This document shows, in pieces, positions 43,501 through 53,909 of a stretch of 64,000 nt of DNA. The DNA comes from Myxococcota bacterium (GTDB taxonomy: Bacteria; Myxococcota_A; SURF-8). The notes below the pieces were generated by a model that was not told the origin of the DNA, made no database searches, and was given only the letters and a program-made list of their open reading frames with translations. The position numbers and the translations under genes are program-made. Numbering within the stretch: position 1 is the first letter of the stretch; every line of letters begins with the position of its first letter. The stretch is from the NCBI GenBank assembly GCA_965140415.1, contig OZ223209.1, forward strand, positions 832,001 to 896,000, in the 5' to 3' direction.

Positions 43501-43938
43501 ATCATCGACGAGCACATCCTGCAAGAGGCGCTCAAGCAGCATCGCGAAGAAGGCTCGCGACTGGGCGAGGTGCTGGTCAACTATGGCTACTGCGACGAAG
43601 AGAGCTTCTTGGAAGTGTATTCCGGCGTGTTACAGTTGCCGGTAATCGAGTTACACCGCGACGAGGTGGACCCGTCGCTTGCGCCGACATTCATGTATAT
43701 GGAGGCGGTCAACCGAACCGTGGCGCCGGTGGCGCAGGATGGCGACACGTTGACCTTTGCGCTGCCGTTCGATTTCAAGGTGGAGGATATCCGCTTTATC
43801 GAGGAGCGCTTCCCCAATATGCGGCTTTCTTATGTATTGGCGAAAAAAGAAGATATCCGACGCGTGATCAGCGCTATCTATACTCCCGGTGGCCGGCATG
43901 AAATGACGAGAAGCGAGGAACGCCTGGCTGCAACATAA
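40531..43938 (+). CDS. nfrB: NfrB-like processive GT2 polysaccharide synthase with expanded MshEN domains
   Basis: PAWQE, GTYPND, PTNKADNLN, HDSED, YMDEFAE, VPSAG, LTEDY and RQKSRW match the NfrB motif series; TM helices; about 8 xLGxxL MshEN motifs. Confidence 0.88.
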   Translation: MDGNWLTGLFAAIFSDEVFGVLAIIATWGFFISGLDDLFIDLRYTVAAVFSRKPDRIRMALADKHPQKPIAVMVPAWQEANVIQQMLMRNIANIDYLNYHLFVGTYPNDQATQDAVDRAIEFYRRMRFNGKENGKGRVHKAPIDFIHKVVTARPGPTNKADNLNCVFEHIKKVERALLDKGHLSQPFEVFVMHDSEDVIHPKEFKVFNYLISDRPERERPRNETFCEQFDFVQLPVFPLEISIIPTREQRLKQIEAWERFTKGGISVKVKETPVVMYETMRAVSTYFTNVWRYCVSATYMDEFAEHHTKDMVVRRAIRGLVPSAGTGTAMNRRSLLKLEEMNPKKSIFNDIHLTEDYEISLALKNLGAKQFFLVEPVRMEKYRGGRMDLITEEDEFVATKEYFPDSFQKAIRQKSRWVMGITFQTMFPGKSKNLLVDFMKGWEGNMVTKYTLLRDRKSLVTNYINMLGYIVFIYCVARLFMVEVYDDDWSFSNIFPPNSVLWWLLLFNIVVMVERYLQRYHAISKIYGVKQAVYFLIRSITLVGLFLGNFINFVSTLSATKRYFSYVWQALLDRLFPKRKTKTVVRKTAEGTEETVVTRKSAEPAWGKTDHSYLSDEQMREYVNRIGQLAMRTRLMQVEELEEALRRQREEHQRLGEILKNMGVVDDVGFSMLYAQQLSVPMHEIDFFQVDPEVLKQVPESIASEFGLVPLFIDEGGNLIVAVSEPIHEDNRRRIEQRLGKPVKFVITYQSDIEFSRQRAYGHMVQRQASQIPKLGILLLGQEAVTEKQLGEALKLQREKRQPLGRILVQMGAIDKETLSQALFKQKQSRLTLGESLLEKGRINYDQLQQALYQQKINRKPLGEILLEMKAVDESDLDEFFRATLNIGYRDIRPEEIDFGVQQRFSPAFCRIYRTIPICQSEDGEVVTFALATTAVRGAIASLEERMGFTAEVFLAPEASIRKAIETCFDKLDVVTQQAHLLGNRLVAEGIIDEHILQEALKQHREEGSRLGEVLVNYGYCDEESFLEVYSGVLQLPVIELHRDEVDPSLAPTFMYMEAVNRTVAPVAQDGDTLTFALPFDFKVEDIRFIEERFPNMRLSYVLAKKEDIRRVISAIYTPGGRHEMTRSEERLAAT

Positions 43939-44029
43939 GGGAGTGGGTGCGAAGAATAGAGGGACAAAGGACAACCGAAACGGTTGCATTCGGACGATAC
44001 AGGGCGAAAAAGGAATAGCGAGGTGGACG

Positions 44030-46330
44030 ATGCGAAAAACAAACACAACGGGAAGGCTCCTGGGGCTGGTGCTTGCACTGATGCTCGTGCTCGGCAGTCT
44101 TCCGATTGCCGAGGCTGCTGAAACAGCCAGAATCGAGGGGCGTTATTACAACGGGCGCGCACCCAGTATTCAGAAACTGGAAGAGCCGCGTTGGGGCGTT
44201 ATCGATTTGGAAGAGCACCTGTTTATTGCCAAAGACCTGACGTTGAACGGTATCGCAGGTTACTATCGGCTTGATTTCTCGATTCCGAGAACCTGGAAGC
44301 CGGTGGATGGTAGCAAGCTGGAGCTGGTTTTGTCGCATAGTCCTTCCTTGATTCCCGCGCTCAGTTCCGCGCGCGTGATTCTGAACGGTACCGTGATTTA
44401 CACGGTGCGACTGGACGAGGGAAATCAACTCGCCACCAAGTACATCATCGAAATTCCGACGGATCAGCTGAAGGAATTCAACGCCCTGGAATTGGTTGCG
44501 AATCAGCACTACATGATCGAGTGCGAGGATCCGTTCGATCCGACGTTGTGGACGGCTGTGTCCAAGAACAGCAAAATTCACGTTCATTATCGTCCCGTGG
44601 CTCCGTTTGTGGACCTGGCCGCTTATCCCTACCCGATTTTCGACGAGTGGGATTTCTCGCGCACCATGTTGCACTTTGTGTTGCCTTCGCAGCCTTCCGC
44701 CCAAACGCTGCGTTCGATTGCCCGTTTGCAGGTCGCCTTGGGGCGTCAGATCAACTGGCGCAAAGTCGATTTCGATGTCACTACCGTAACACCGACAACT
44801 TATAATGGACATACGGTGCTGGTGGGAACGCCGGATGAGAACCCGGCCATCATGGCCTTGATGGATCTACCTCCGGAAAAACAGTTCCCATTGATGTTGG
44901 AACGCGGGCGCGGGTTCTCCACCCCAGGCGGAACCCGTGTGGGCGACAGCGAAGGTGTGTTGATCTTTACCTATCATCCTGAAAATCCTGATCTTTCCTT
45001 GCTGATCGTTTCGGGTAACACGCCCGCCGGTGTCGAGAAAGCCATCGAAGCCTTGGCGGTGCTCCCCTACGAGCGTGGCATCAACGGTCAGGCGCTGGTC
45101 GTGCAGAGCGTGCAACCGCGCCCGCAAGTTGAGGAACGTATAAAGGAAACCCACATTCCTTTGAAAGACGAGTTTACACTTGAAGAGATCGGCTTCGATG
45201 ATTTGACCGTACGCGGTTTCTATGCCTCGCCGATTATGTTGGATCTGCTGGAACATGCGGATGCGCATCCCGTCGATTTCAAGCAGAAATTCAAGCTGGT
45301 GTATTCCTACGGCGCACAGTTGCAGAACCGCTTGTCTTCGTTGGAAATCGTGTTCAATGGAGTCTCGATCGGGTCGAAAAACCTGAACAATCCCGAAGGT
45401 GAAAACCTGGCCGAACTGACGGTGGATATTCCGGCACGATTGATTGCGCCGCACAACCGCCTGGTCATCCGTTTCCACCTGTACCCGGACAACTTCTTCT
45501 ATTGTGGCCGCACCGGCGACCGGCATCTGTGGGCGACCGTACACAAGACCTCTACACTTACCATGCCGCGTAACTTCTACACCCATCTGCCGGATCTGGG
45601 ACTGTTACGTTACGAATGGTTCCCCTACACGATGTATCAGGATTTGCAGCAGACCACGATTGTGGTGCCCGATCATCCCAGTGCAATGGACTGGGCGGGC
45701 TTGTTGACCGTTTCCAACGAACTGGGTCGCGCCACCATTTCCGATGGCATTCTGCTGGATGCTTACACCTTCTCCAACCTGCCGAGTGAAGCGAAAGCCA
45801 ACGATCACCTGATCGTGATCGATTCCAGCCCGAGCGCGGAAGTGGTTAAGAAACTGGTTGGAAATACAAGGCTCTACTACAATTCCGAAACCAACCGCGT
45901 GATGAAGACCATCGAAGACCGCGAGCTGAAATCGATCCATTTCGCCACGGCGGGTATCATCGAGCAGATTGTGTCCCCGTTCAACGAGGAACGCACGGTG
46001 TTGTTGCTGCGCGGACAGGATGACGAATCCTTGAAGCAGGCGTTGGAATCGGTTGCCGATCCGGCCAAGCGCGCCAAACTGGAAGACAACCTGGCTTTCG
46101 CCTATTCGGATGAAAACCTGAAATCGGTGAAAACCGCAGATAAAAAACTCTTTGGAAAACTGCCGGTTAAAGAAGAAACGCAACGCTGGGTTTACTTGAA
46201 TTTCTGGCAGACGGCGTTATTGATCATCGTCGCCTTTATCCTGATTTACATCATCGTGGCCGTCATTCGTCTGATTGCCCGCCGCCGCCGTGAAAGCCGT
46301 CGGAGAATCAGCGATAAAGATCTTAGATAA
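44030..46330 (+). CDS. BcsB-like periplasmic co-polymerase
   Basis: Signal peptide; two repeats of a beta-sandwich plus alpha/beta module (DLAAYPYPIFD; FTLEEIGFDDLTVRG; LPDLGLL..FPYT); C-terminal TM helix followed by RRRR. Confidence 0.8.
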   Translation: MRKTNTTGRLLGLVLALMLVLGSLPIAEAAETARIEGRYYNGRAPSIQKLEEPRWGVIDLEEHLFIAKDLTLNGIAGYYRLDFSIPRTWKPVDGSKLELVLSHSPSLIPALSSARVILNGTVIYTVRLDEGNQLATKYIIEIPTDQLKEFNALELVANQHYMIECEDPFDPTLWTAVSKNSKIHVHYRPVAPFVDLAAYPYPIFDEWDFSRTMLHFVLPSQPSAQTLRSIARLQVALGRQINWRKVDFDVTTVTPTTYNGHTVLVGTPDENPAIMALMDLPPEKQFPLMLERGRGFSTPGGTRVGDSEGVLIFTYHPENPDLSLLIVSGNTPAGVEKAIEALAVLPYERGINGQALVVQSVQPRPQVEERIKETHIPLKDEFTLEEIGFDDLTVRGFYASPIMLDLLEHADAHPVDFKQKFKLVYSYGAQLQNRLSSLEIVFNGVSIGSKNLNNPEGENLAELTVDIPARLIAPHNRLVIRFHLYPDNFFYCGRTGDRHLWATVHKTSTLTMPRNFYTHLPDLGLLRYEWFPYTMYQDLQQTTIVVPDHPSAMDWAGLLTVSNELGRATISDGILLDAYTFSNLPSEAKANDHLIVIDSSPSAEVVKKLVGNTRLYYNSETNRVMKTIEDRELKSIHFATAGIIEQIVSPFNEERTVLLLRGQDDESLKQALESVADPAKRAKLEDNLAFAYSDENLKSVKTADKKLFGKLPVKEETQRWVYLNFWQTALLIIVAFILIYIIVAVIRLIARRRRESRRRISDKDLR

Positions 46331-46362
46331 GTCGAGAGACTCATTGCATTAGGTCATTTTGG

Positions 46363-46399
46363 GCGACGGTTCCTCTGGCAGGAGCCGTCGCTTTTTTTT
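46363..46399 (+). terminator. Intrinsic terminator of the EPS operon
   Basis: GCGACGGTTCCT...AGGAGCCGTCGC followed by T8. Confidence 0.85.
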
Positions 46400-46571
46400 C
46401 GGTGATGCTTCACGTTGTTTCGTGGTGTAGCGTACTGCATTTTGGAATATCACGACGCAACTTTTCGCTTGACGCAAAGTGAGAAAATCCGCGTTTTTCC
46501 CTCATTTTTTCCTTGATTTTTGCTGCTTGCTGACTACAATATTTTTGCATCTAGGTCTGGTGTTGAGATCA

Positions 46572-46600
46572 GGTGGGCTTTCAGGCCCACTTTTTTATTG
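46572..46600 (+). promoter_or_regulatory. rimP leader hairpin (attenuator-like)
   Basis: GTGGGC-TTTCAG-GCCCAC-TTTTTTATT just upstream of rimP, as widely seen ahead of rimP-nusA. Confidence 0.75.
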
Positions 46601-46627
46601 GGTTTCACACCGTTTTGGGAGAAGGTG

Positions 46628-47128
46628 TTGGCATCGCAGGCTCACAATTTGACGGAGCGACTTACACAGTTGCTCGAACCGACGATACAGGCCGAAGGAT
46701 TGGAACTGTGGGCGTTGGAGCATAGCGGTGGAAGTGGCCGATTGACGTTGCGGGTATATCTGGAAAGCCCCAACGGCGTTACGGTCGACGATTGCGCCCG
46801 TATCAGCCGGGCGCTTGGTGCCTTGCTGGATGTGGACGATCCCATCGCCGGGCGTTACAACCTGGAGGTGTCGTCTCCCGGTATCAATCGCGTTCTGGTC
46901 AAGCCGGAGCATTTCAAGCGATTTATCGGCGAGCGGGTGCGCGTTAAAACACGACGCCCGGTGTTGGATAACATGAAGAATTGTTTGGGCATCCTTTCCG
47001 AGTTTCATGAGGAACCGCCCGCAATCACGGTGCAGACCGAGCAAGGAGATGCTCGGATTAACCTTGGCGACATCGTCAAGGCTATGATTGATTTTCCGTT
47101 CGAAGACGTGCCGGTGCCAAAACGATAA
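46628..47128 (+). CDS. rimP: Ribosome maturation factor RimP
   Basis: GVTVDDCARISR and YNLEVSSPGINR motifs; likely TTG/GTG start after GGAGAAGG. Confidence 0.93.
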   Translation: MASQAHNLTERLTQLLEPTIQAEGLELWALEHSGGSGRLTLRVYLESPNGVTVDDCARISRALGALLDVDDPIAGRYNLEVSSPGINRVLVKPEHFKRFIGERVRVKTRRPVLDNMKNCLGILSEFHEEPPAITVQTEQGDARINLGDIVKAMIDFPFEDVPVPKR

Positions 47129-47156
47129 ACCGGCGAAGCATTAGGAGATAACAACG

Positions 47157-48887
47157 ATGCTGCCTAACCTCAACTATCTGATCGAGCAGGTCGGGAAAGA
47201 CAAAGGCATCCCCAAGGATATCATCATTCAAACCCTTGAAGAGGCGATGCTCAAGGCGGCCCAGAAGAAATACGGACTGGAAGAAGACATCGAAGCCCAG
47301 TTCAACGAGGAACTGGGCGAGGTGGAGTTGTTCCATTTCAAAGCGGTGGTTGACATTGTTGAAGACGAGCACACGGAAATCGCCGTAGCCGAAGCCCAAC
47401 AGCTCGATCCGGATGCCATGGTCGGTGATTCGATCGGTATCAAATTGGATAATGAGGATTTCGGGCGTATCGCAGCGCAGGTGGCCAAGCAGGTCATTAT
47501 TCAGCGAGTGCGTGCCGCCGAGCGTGAACATATTTTCAACGACTACAAAGATCGCAAGCACGATCTGATCGCCGGTACCGTGCGGCGTGTGGAACGCGGC
47601 AACATCATTGTGGATCTTGGACGTACGGAAGGCATTCTGTATGCCAAGGATCAGTCTCCGCGCGAGACCTTCCGTCAGCATGACCGCATTCTGGCGTTTG
47701 TGTTGGATGTCACGACAACCACAAAAGGACCGCAGATCATCCTGTCCCGCACCGATATCGGTCTGCTGATGAAACTGTTCGAAATGGAAGTTCCCGAGAT
47801 CGCCGAGGGTATCGTGCAGATCGTAAGCGCGGCGCGTGAACCGGGCAGCCGCAGCAAGATCGCCGTTATTTCGCGTGATAGCGATGTCGACCCGGTCGGC
47901 GCCTGTGTCGGTATGAAGGGAACGCGCGTTCAGAATATCGTGCAAGAACTGCGCGGAGAGAAAATCGATATCGTTACCTACAACTCCGATCCCGTTCGTT
48001 ACGTCTGTAACGCCCTGGCCCCCGCTGTCGTCAGCCAGGTGCTGATCGATGAAGAAGCGCATGCCATGGAAATCACCGTGCCCGATGACCAGCTTTCACT
48101 GGCGATCGGTAAGCGCGGTCAGAACGTGCGCCTGGCTTCGCAGTTGAGTGGTTGGAAGATCGACATTCAGAGTGAGTCCAAGGTCGAGAAGATGGCCGAG
48201 CAGGCTCGCGAGACCTTCCAGCGCATCGATGGTGTGGACGATGAACTGGCCAGCACCTTGACACGGCTCGGGTTCTTGTCCCTCGAAGATATCATTCGGG
48301 CGGATATGGACGATTTGCGCATCATCCCCGGCTTGAATGACAACAGGGCGGATGATTTGGTTGCATTGGCTACTGCCTTGCAGGAAGAAATGCGTGCGAA
48401 CCGTGAAATCGTTGATGACGAGCGCGGTGGTGAACGACGCAAAGCGGCTGCGGCCAAACCCAAGTCCGCTTCCGCTCCGAACGACGGTCGCCCGGAATTG
48501 ATGCGATTGAAGAACATGGACGAGGAATTGATGGAGCGGCTCAAAGAAGCCGGCTACTACACCATCCAGGATGTTATTGATGCCGACTTCGATCCGAAGG
48601 ATTTTTCGGAGAAGTTCGATGTTTCCATGCGCAAGACGCGCGCGATTCTGCATTCCGCCAAGCAGAGAACCGATTCTCCGGATGCGGATGCTGCTGAAGA
48701 CGGCGCTGAGGACGCGAAGCAAGATGCGACTGCGGAAGCTACGGAAGCAGCGGTAGCCGAAGAGGCTTCGGCAGAGGAAAGCGCCGAGGCTGCGGAAACG
48801 GAAGCCGCCGAGGAAAGTCCCGTTGAAGATGCAACGGAACCGACCGAGTCGGATGCTTCTGAGGCGACGGAGAAGGAAGAGGCGTAG
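47157..48887 (+). CDS. nusA: Transcription factor NusA with C-terminal HhH-like repeats and acidic tail
   Basis: [27 protein letters not shown] and [14 protein letters not shown] motifs. Confidence 0.97.
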   Translation: MLPNLNYLIEQVGKDKGIPKDIIIQTLEEAMLKAAQKKYGLEEDIEAQFNEELGEVELFHFKAVVDIVEDEHTEIAVAEAQQLDPDAMVGDSIGIKLDNEDFGRIAAQVAKQVIIQRVRAAEREHIFNDYKDRKHDLIAGTVRRVERGNIIVDLGRTEGILYAKDQSPRETFRQHDRILAFVLDVTTTTKGPQIILSRTDIGLLMKLFEMEVPEIAEGIVQIVSAAREPGSRSKIAVISRDSDVDPVGACVGMKGTRVQNIVQELRGEKIDIVTYNSDPVRYVCNALAPAVVSQVLIDEEAHAMEITVPDDQLSLAIGKRGQNVRLASQLSGWKIDIQSESKVEKMAEQARETFQRIDGVDDELASTLTRLGFLSLEDIIRADMDDLRIIPGLNDNRADDLVALATALQEEMRANREIVDDERGGERRKAAAAKPKSASAPNDGRPELMRLKNMDEELMERLKEAGYYTIQDVIDADFDPKDFSEKFDVSMRKTRAILHSAKQRTDSPDADAAEDGAEDAKQDATAEATEAAVAEEASAEESAEAAETEAAEESPVEDATEPTESDASEATEKEEA

Positions 48888-49532
48888 ATGTCTTCCGGGA
48901 AGCGACCGGTTCCGCAGCGTACTTGTGTGGGTTGCGGAAAGGAATTCGACCAGGATCGACTGATCCGACTGGTTGCTTCGCCGGAAGGTGTGATAGAAAT
49001 CGATTATGGGCGAAGGCTGCCCGGGCGTGGAGCGTATCTGTTCCCCAACCGGCGCTGCTTTGAACGTGCCCAGGGTGGCAAAGGTTTTTTTCGATCGTTG
49101 AGACAAAAAAACCTGGTCTTTGAAACTGAACGCTTGTGGGACAACCTGAAGCGGATCAATCGTGAGCGATTGTTGCAGGATCTGGCGCTGGCGAACAAGG
49201 CTGGTGCCGTGATTTCGGGCGGCAATAACGTATCGGTTGAATTGAAGCGAGGAAAACGTGGCGTACTGCTAATTGCCGAGGATGCCTCGGACAATAGCCG
49301 CGATCGCTTTGAAAGCAAAGGGCGGGGTCTGGAATTGACCGTTCTGCGAGCTTTGAATAGGGACGAAATCGGCCATGTGTTGGGGAAAGCCCCACGCGCG
49401 GTCGTACTGGTGGTGCAGCAGGCATTCGCCGATAAGATCATACGGGATGGCGCGATTTACGAAGCGATTAGCCATCGTGTGGATTGCCAATTTGAAAGAG
49501 GTAGGGCGCATGGGCAAACGGCGAGCATATGA
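48888..49532 (+). CDS. YlxR (DUF448)-L7Ae/YlxQ fusion RNA-binding protein
   Basis: PQRTCVGC..GRGAY N-domain; LALANKAG..SG..LIAEDAS..IGHVLGK C-domain. Confidence 0.88.
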   Translation: MSSGKRPVPQRTCVGCGKEFDQDRLIRLVASPEGVIEIDYGRRLPGRGAYLFPNRRCFERAQGGKGFFRSLRQKNLVFETERLWDNLKRINRERLLQDLALANKAGAVISGGNNVSVELKRGKRGVLLIAEDASDNSRDRFESKGRGLELTVLRALNRDEIGHVLGKAPRAVVLVVQQAFADKIIRDGAIYEAISHRVDCQFERGRAHGQTASI

Positions 49533-52473
49533 GCTCATCAAGGAACTTGGGATCGAATTCGACGAACTGACGACGATCGCCGACAAGGCCGGAGTGGTCA
49601 TCAAAAACAAGATGGCCGGCGTGCAGGACGATGAAGTCGATAAGATCATGCAGGTGATCGAACAGGCCAAGAGCGAGCAGGTCGTTGAGAAGCGGGTAGC
49701 CAAGGGTGTCATTCGCCGTAGAGCGGTGGTGCGCAAGGCAAAAGCCGTTCCCAAGCCGGTGGTGGAAGAACCGTCTGTTTCGGAAGAAGAAACGGATGAA
49801 GTGGATTCGTCTGCCGAAATGGCTGTGACCGAATCCGATACATCGGAAGAGCAGGCAACGGAAGTCGCCACCGAGCAGCTGGACGAAAGTGTCGACAGCT
49901 CGGAGGAAGAACCTTCTGATTCCGAACAAGATTCTACGGAGCCGACAGAGGCGGAAACCGCAGAAGCCACAGAAGCTGTCGAGCAAGTGCAAGAACCCGA
50001 GCCGGTTGAGCCTCCGGAGGTTGCGCCGGTATCGGAAGAAGCGCCGAAGCCGGAACCGGAGAAGGAAGAAGCTGCTGCTCAGGTCACTTCCGAGGACGAG
50101 GCCCAGGTTGAAAGCGTAGAAGAAGAGAAATCGGAACCGGTTGCCGAGCAAGAGGCGAAACCGGAAGCCGAGGCTGCTGCTGAACCGAAGAAGAAAACCA
50201 AAGCGGATAAAAAAGCGAAAGCCGATACCAAAGAGTCGGCAGAAGAAACGAAAGAAGAACCCAAGAAGCGCAAGCCCAAGAAAACCCGCACGATTTCTAC
50301 AATTGTCAAGCGTATCGATCTGGACGATCTGGAGCCCGCGCAAAGAACGCCGCTCAATCGTCGTCGTCCGGGTCCTGGCGGGGGACGGCCACAGCAACGC
50401 CCCGGTGCTTCTTCCAATGCTCCTTCGAGATCGGCATCGCGTAACAACGTGATGAACGGTCCGGTCGAGATTGCTCCCCCGATCATGGATGGGGGCAGAC
50501 GGCGTGGTAAAGACTTCGGTGGAGGTGATCCCTTCTCACGCGATGACCGTCGTAAAAGAGGCAAAGGGACTCGCAAGCGACAGGTGATCGACGATAGTTA
50601 TCTCAATCGTCGTGGTCGCGGCGGTAAAGGCAAAAGGGGACGTTACGTTGAGGATGAGTTCGTTCAAACTCAGATCACCGTTCCCAAGGCCAGCAAACGT
50701 ATCATCAAGTTGGCGACGGATACGATTATTGTTTCCGAACTGGCCAAGCGCATGGGAATCAAGGCGACGGCCATTATCAAGGCGTTGATTCAGATGGGCC
50801 TGCAAGTGAATATGAACCAGGCTATCGATCTGGATACGGCAATGCTGGTTGCCAATGACTTCGGCTACGAAGTCGAAAACGTGGCTTTCGAGGAAGACCA
50901 GATTCTAAGCATTTCCGAGCAGGACGATTCGGGCGAAATGCTTCCTCGGTCCCCGGTCGTTACGGTAATGGGCCACGTCGATCACGGAAAAACCAGTATT
51001 TTGGATTATATCCGCAAAGCGAATGTTGCCGGTGGTGAGGCCGGTGGTATCACGCAGCATATCGGTGCGTATGTGGTACGCCGCAGCAGCGGAAGCATTA
51101 CGTTTATCGATACGCCGGGGCATGAGGCGTTTACCTCCATGCGTGCTCGCGGTGCGCAGGTAACGGATATTGTCGTGTTGGTTGTGGCGGCGGATGATGG
51201 CATCATGCCGCAGACGATCGAGGCGATCAATCACGCCAAGGCGGCCAAGGTTCCGATTATTGTCGCCATTAACAAAATCGACAAACCCAATGCCAATTCG
51301 GCTCATGTACGTCAGCAGTTGATGATGCACGAACTGATTCCGGAAGACTTGGGTGGCGATACGATTATCGTGGAAGTGAGCGCCAAAACCGGGCAGAACA
51401 TCGATCAGTTGCTGGAGATGATTCTGCTACAGGCGGAAGTGCTGGAATTACAGGCCAATCCCAAGCGCGAGCAGGGTGAAGGTATCGTGATCGAAGGTAA
51501 GTTGGATCGCGGTCGCGGACCCGTTGGTACCGTGTTGGTTCAGCAGGGTACATTCCGCGTAGGCGATTACTTCGTGAGCGGCGCGCAGACCTCCAAGATC
51601 AAGGCCATGATCGACGATCTGGGACAGCGTGTGGAAGAAGCCGGTCCGGCTACTCCGGTTGAAATTTTAGGTTTCAATGAAGTGCCGACTTCCGGTGAAA
51701 TGTTCAATACGCTTAAAGACGAGAAGCAGGCCAAGATGATCGCGGAAAACCGCTATCGCAAGAAGCGGGAGCAGGAACTGGCCAAGACTTCACGCGTGAG
51801 CCTGGAAGAACTGGTGCAGCGCGCCAAAGAGGGTGAACTGACCACCTTGTCCCTGGTTGTCAAAGGTGACGTGCAGGGAACGGTTGAAGCGTTACGCGAT
51901 ACGTTGGAGAAAGAAAGCAGCGACGAAGTCAAAGTGGACATCATTTCCACGGGCGTCGGCGGCATCACCGAAAGCGATGTGCTCTTTGCCAGCGCTTCCA
52001 AGGCTTTGATCGTCGGTTTCAATGTACGTGCGGAATCCAAAGCCCAGGTGCTGGCCGAATCCGAAGGTGTGGAGATTCGAAACTATTCGGTCATTTACGA
52101 TGTCGTCGAAGACATCCGTGCCGTCGTGCTCGGCCTTGCGGCTCCGAAACTGCGCGAAGAGGTTGTGGGTCACATCGATGTGCGCGAAACCTTTACCATT
52201 CCGAAGATCGGAACCATTGCGGGTTCCTATATTCTGGACGGCAAAGTACATCGCGACAGCCAGGTGCGCTTGTTGCGCGACAACGTGGTCATCTACACCG
52301 GCAAGATCGGTTCGTTGCGGCGCTTCAAGGAAGATGTGGCGGAAGTCGCATCCGGTTTTGAGTGCGGCGTCGGTATCGACGGATATAACGATGTTCATGT
52401 GGGTGACAAGATCGAGGTTTTCCGCACGGTGGAAGTGCCTCCCTCGGCCAAGCTTCCCCAGAACATAGGATGA
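49510..52473 (+). CDS. infB: Translation initiation factor IF-2
   Basis: [16 protein letters not shown] and NKID motifs; ATG 49510 follows GAGGT. Confidence 0.97.
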   Translation: MGKRRAYELIKELGIEFDELTTIADKAGVVIKNKMAGVQDDEVDKIMQVIEQAKSEQVVEKRVAKGVIRRRAVVRKAKAVPKPVVEEPSVSEEETDEVDSSAEMAVTESDTSEEQATEVATEQLDESVDSSEEEPSDSEQDSTEPTEAETAEATEAVEQVQEPEPVEPPEVAPVSEEAPKPEPEKEEAAAQVTSEDEAQVESVEEEKSEPVAEQEAKPEAEAAAEPKKKTKADKKAKADTKESAEETKEEPKKRKPKKTRTISTIVKRIDLDDLEPAQRTPLNRRRPGPGGGRPQQRPGASSNAPSRSASRNNVMNGPVEIAPPIMDGGRRRGKDFGGGDPFSRDDRRKRGKGTRKRQVIDDSYLNRRGRGGKGKRGRYVEDEFVQTQITVPKASKRIIKLATDTIIVSELAKRMGIKATAIIKALIQMGLQVNMNQAIDLDTAMLVANDFGYEVENVAFEEDQILSISEQDDSGEMLPRSPVVTVMGHVDHGKTSILDYIRKANVAGGEAGGITQHIGAYVVRRSSGSITFIDTPGHEAFTSMRARGAQVTDIVVLVVAADDGIMPQTIEAINHAKAAKVPIIVAINKIDKPNANSAHVRQQLMMHELIPEDLGGDTIIVEVSAKTGQNIDQLLEMILLQAEVLELQANPKREQGEGIVIEGKLDRGRGPVGTVLVQQGTFRVGDYFVSGAQTSKIKAMIDDLGQRVEEAGPATPVEILGFNEVPTSGEMFNTLKDEKQAKMIAENRYRKKREQELAKTSRVSLEELVQRAKEGELTTLSLVVKGDVQGTVEALRDTLEKESSDEVKVDIISTGVGGITESDVLFASASKALIVGFNVRAESKAQVLAESEGVEIRNYSVIYDVVEDIRAVVLGLAAPKLREEVVGHIDVRETFTIPKIGTIAGSYILDGKVHRDSQVRLLRDNVVIYTGKIGSLRRFKEDVAEVASGFECGVGIDGYNDVHVGDKIEVFRTVEVPPSAKLPQNIG

Positions 52474-52477
52474 TGTA

Positions 52478-52855
52478 ATGACCAGACGGCCCGATTTCAA
52501 GCGCAATCAGCGGTTGAACCGCCTGCTTAAAGAAGAGTTGAGCTCCTTATTGGGTCGGGAAGTGCGAGATCCGCGCGTGATGGATATCGTGCTTACCGAT
52601 GTCGAATGCACTGAAGATTTAAAGCACGCCAAGATTTACTACTCTACCCATCATAGTGACAAAGAAACGCGCGAGCGCATTCAGCAGGGGCTCAACAATA
52701 CGGCTGCGTTTCTGCGCGGGCGACTGGGCGCGAATTTGCGCATCAGGCGCGCACCGGAACTGGCATTTATTCTGGACCCCGCATTAGACTATGGGGAACG
52801 TATCGAAAGCACGCTTCGTAAGATCAAAGAGGAGACCAACGATGACGGTGCCTAG
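52478..52855 (+). CDS. rbfA: Ribosome-binding factor A
   Basis: RDPR, DLKHAKIY and LRIRRAPELAF motifs. Confidence 0.95.
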   Translation: MTRRPDFKRNQRLNRLLKEELSSLLGREVRDPRVMDIVLTDVECTEDLKHAKIYYSTHHSDKETRERIQQGLNNTAAFLRGRLGANLRIRRAPELAFILDPALDYGERIESTLRKIKEETNDDGA

Positions 52856-53852
52856 AGGGTTGGTTGAACGGCTGCGCGAGGCTAAACGAGTATTATTGCT
52901 GAGTCACCTCAACCCTGACTTCGATACCGCTGCCAGTACCCTGGCCATGATGTTAGCGCTACAGAAAATGGGGAAGGAAGTTGTGGCCTACAATGGCGAC
53001 GGCCTACCTCCGAACATGGGCTTTCTGCCGGGTAGCGAGCAGATGGTTTCCAAGCTGCACCCCAGAAAACGTTTCGATACCACCGTTACGCTGGATGCTT
53101 CCAGCCCCGACCGTTTCGGCGAGCATCTGTTTAACGGTGACAGCCGGGAACGGCTGGGTACGATTTTAAAGGTCGATCATCATTTGAATGGCGACTCGTT
53201 CGGCGATCACGATTACGTGGATTCCAACCGTGCTTCTACCGGTGAACTGGTGGTGGATGTGCTGCATGCCTATCCGGTAGAGATCGATTACGATATCGCC
53301 CTGAATCTGTACGTGGCCATCGTCAGCGATACGGGCGGGTTCCGGTATTCCAACACCAATAGCGATTCTTTCCGTTGCGCCGGTGAAATGCTGGAGCACG
53401 GCGTCAATCCCTGGGATGTAACGACCAAGCTGTTTGAAAGTCGTCCGTTGGCGGAATTGAAGCTGTTATCCTTGGCGCTGGATACCCTGAATGTGTCCGA
53501 TTGCGGCCAGTACGCGACGCTGTTTATCAGTCGAGAGATGTTCGATAAGAGCGGGGCGCAAGAATGGATGACCGACGGCTTCATCAATTACGCTCGCGCC
53601 ATCGACGGCGTAGAGGTGGCGGTGTTGATTCGCGATACCAAGACCCCGGGTACGCTGAAAGCCAGCTTCCGTTCGAAAGGCTCGGTCAACGTGGCGGCCA
53701 TCGCAAAATCACTGGGCGGTGGCGGACACCATAACGCGGCGGGTTGCTCGATCAAGGGTGATTTCGCTACGGTTCAGGCCAAGCTGAAAAAGAAAATCGA
53801 AGCCAAACTTCCCAAACCCTGCAAGAACGGCAGCAAAAGCAAGAAGGCTTAG
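52842..53852 (+). CDS. nrnA: DHH/DHHA1 phosphoesterase (NrnA-like)
   Basis: HLNPDFD, VDHH, SDTGGFRY, SFRSK and GGGHHNAAG motifs. Confidence 0.88.
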   Translation: MTVPRGLVERLREAKRVLLLSHLNPDFDTAASTLAMMLALQKMGKEVVAYNGDGLPPNMGFLPGSEQMVSKLHPRKRFDTTVTLDASSPDRFGEHLFNGDSRERLGTILKVDHHLNGDSFGDHDYVDSNRASTGELVVDVLHAYPVEIDYDIALNLYVAIVSDTGGFRYSNTNSDSFRCAGEMLEHGVNPWDVTTKLFESRPLAELKLLSLALDTLNVSDCGQYATLFISREMFDKSGAQEWMTDGFINYARAIDGVEVAVLIRDTKTPGTLKASFRSKGSVNVAAIAKSLGGGGHHNAAGCSIKGDFATVQAKLKKKIEAKLPKPCKNGSKSKKA

Positions 53853-53909
53853 TGGGGGATGTGAGCATCGCTCTCCGTTTTCTCTGTAATTTTTAATGTC
53901 AGTCGATGG

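Noticed and set aside
40531-43938. Cellulose synthase BcsA or PilB/GspE ATPase
   Set aside because: No PilZ domain or Walker motifs, and the motif series matches NfrB.
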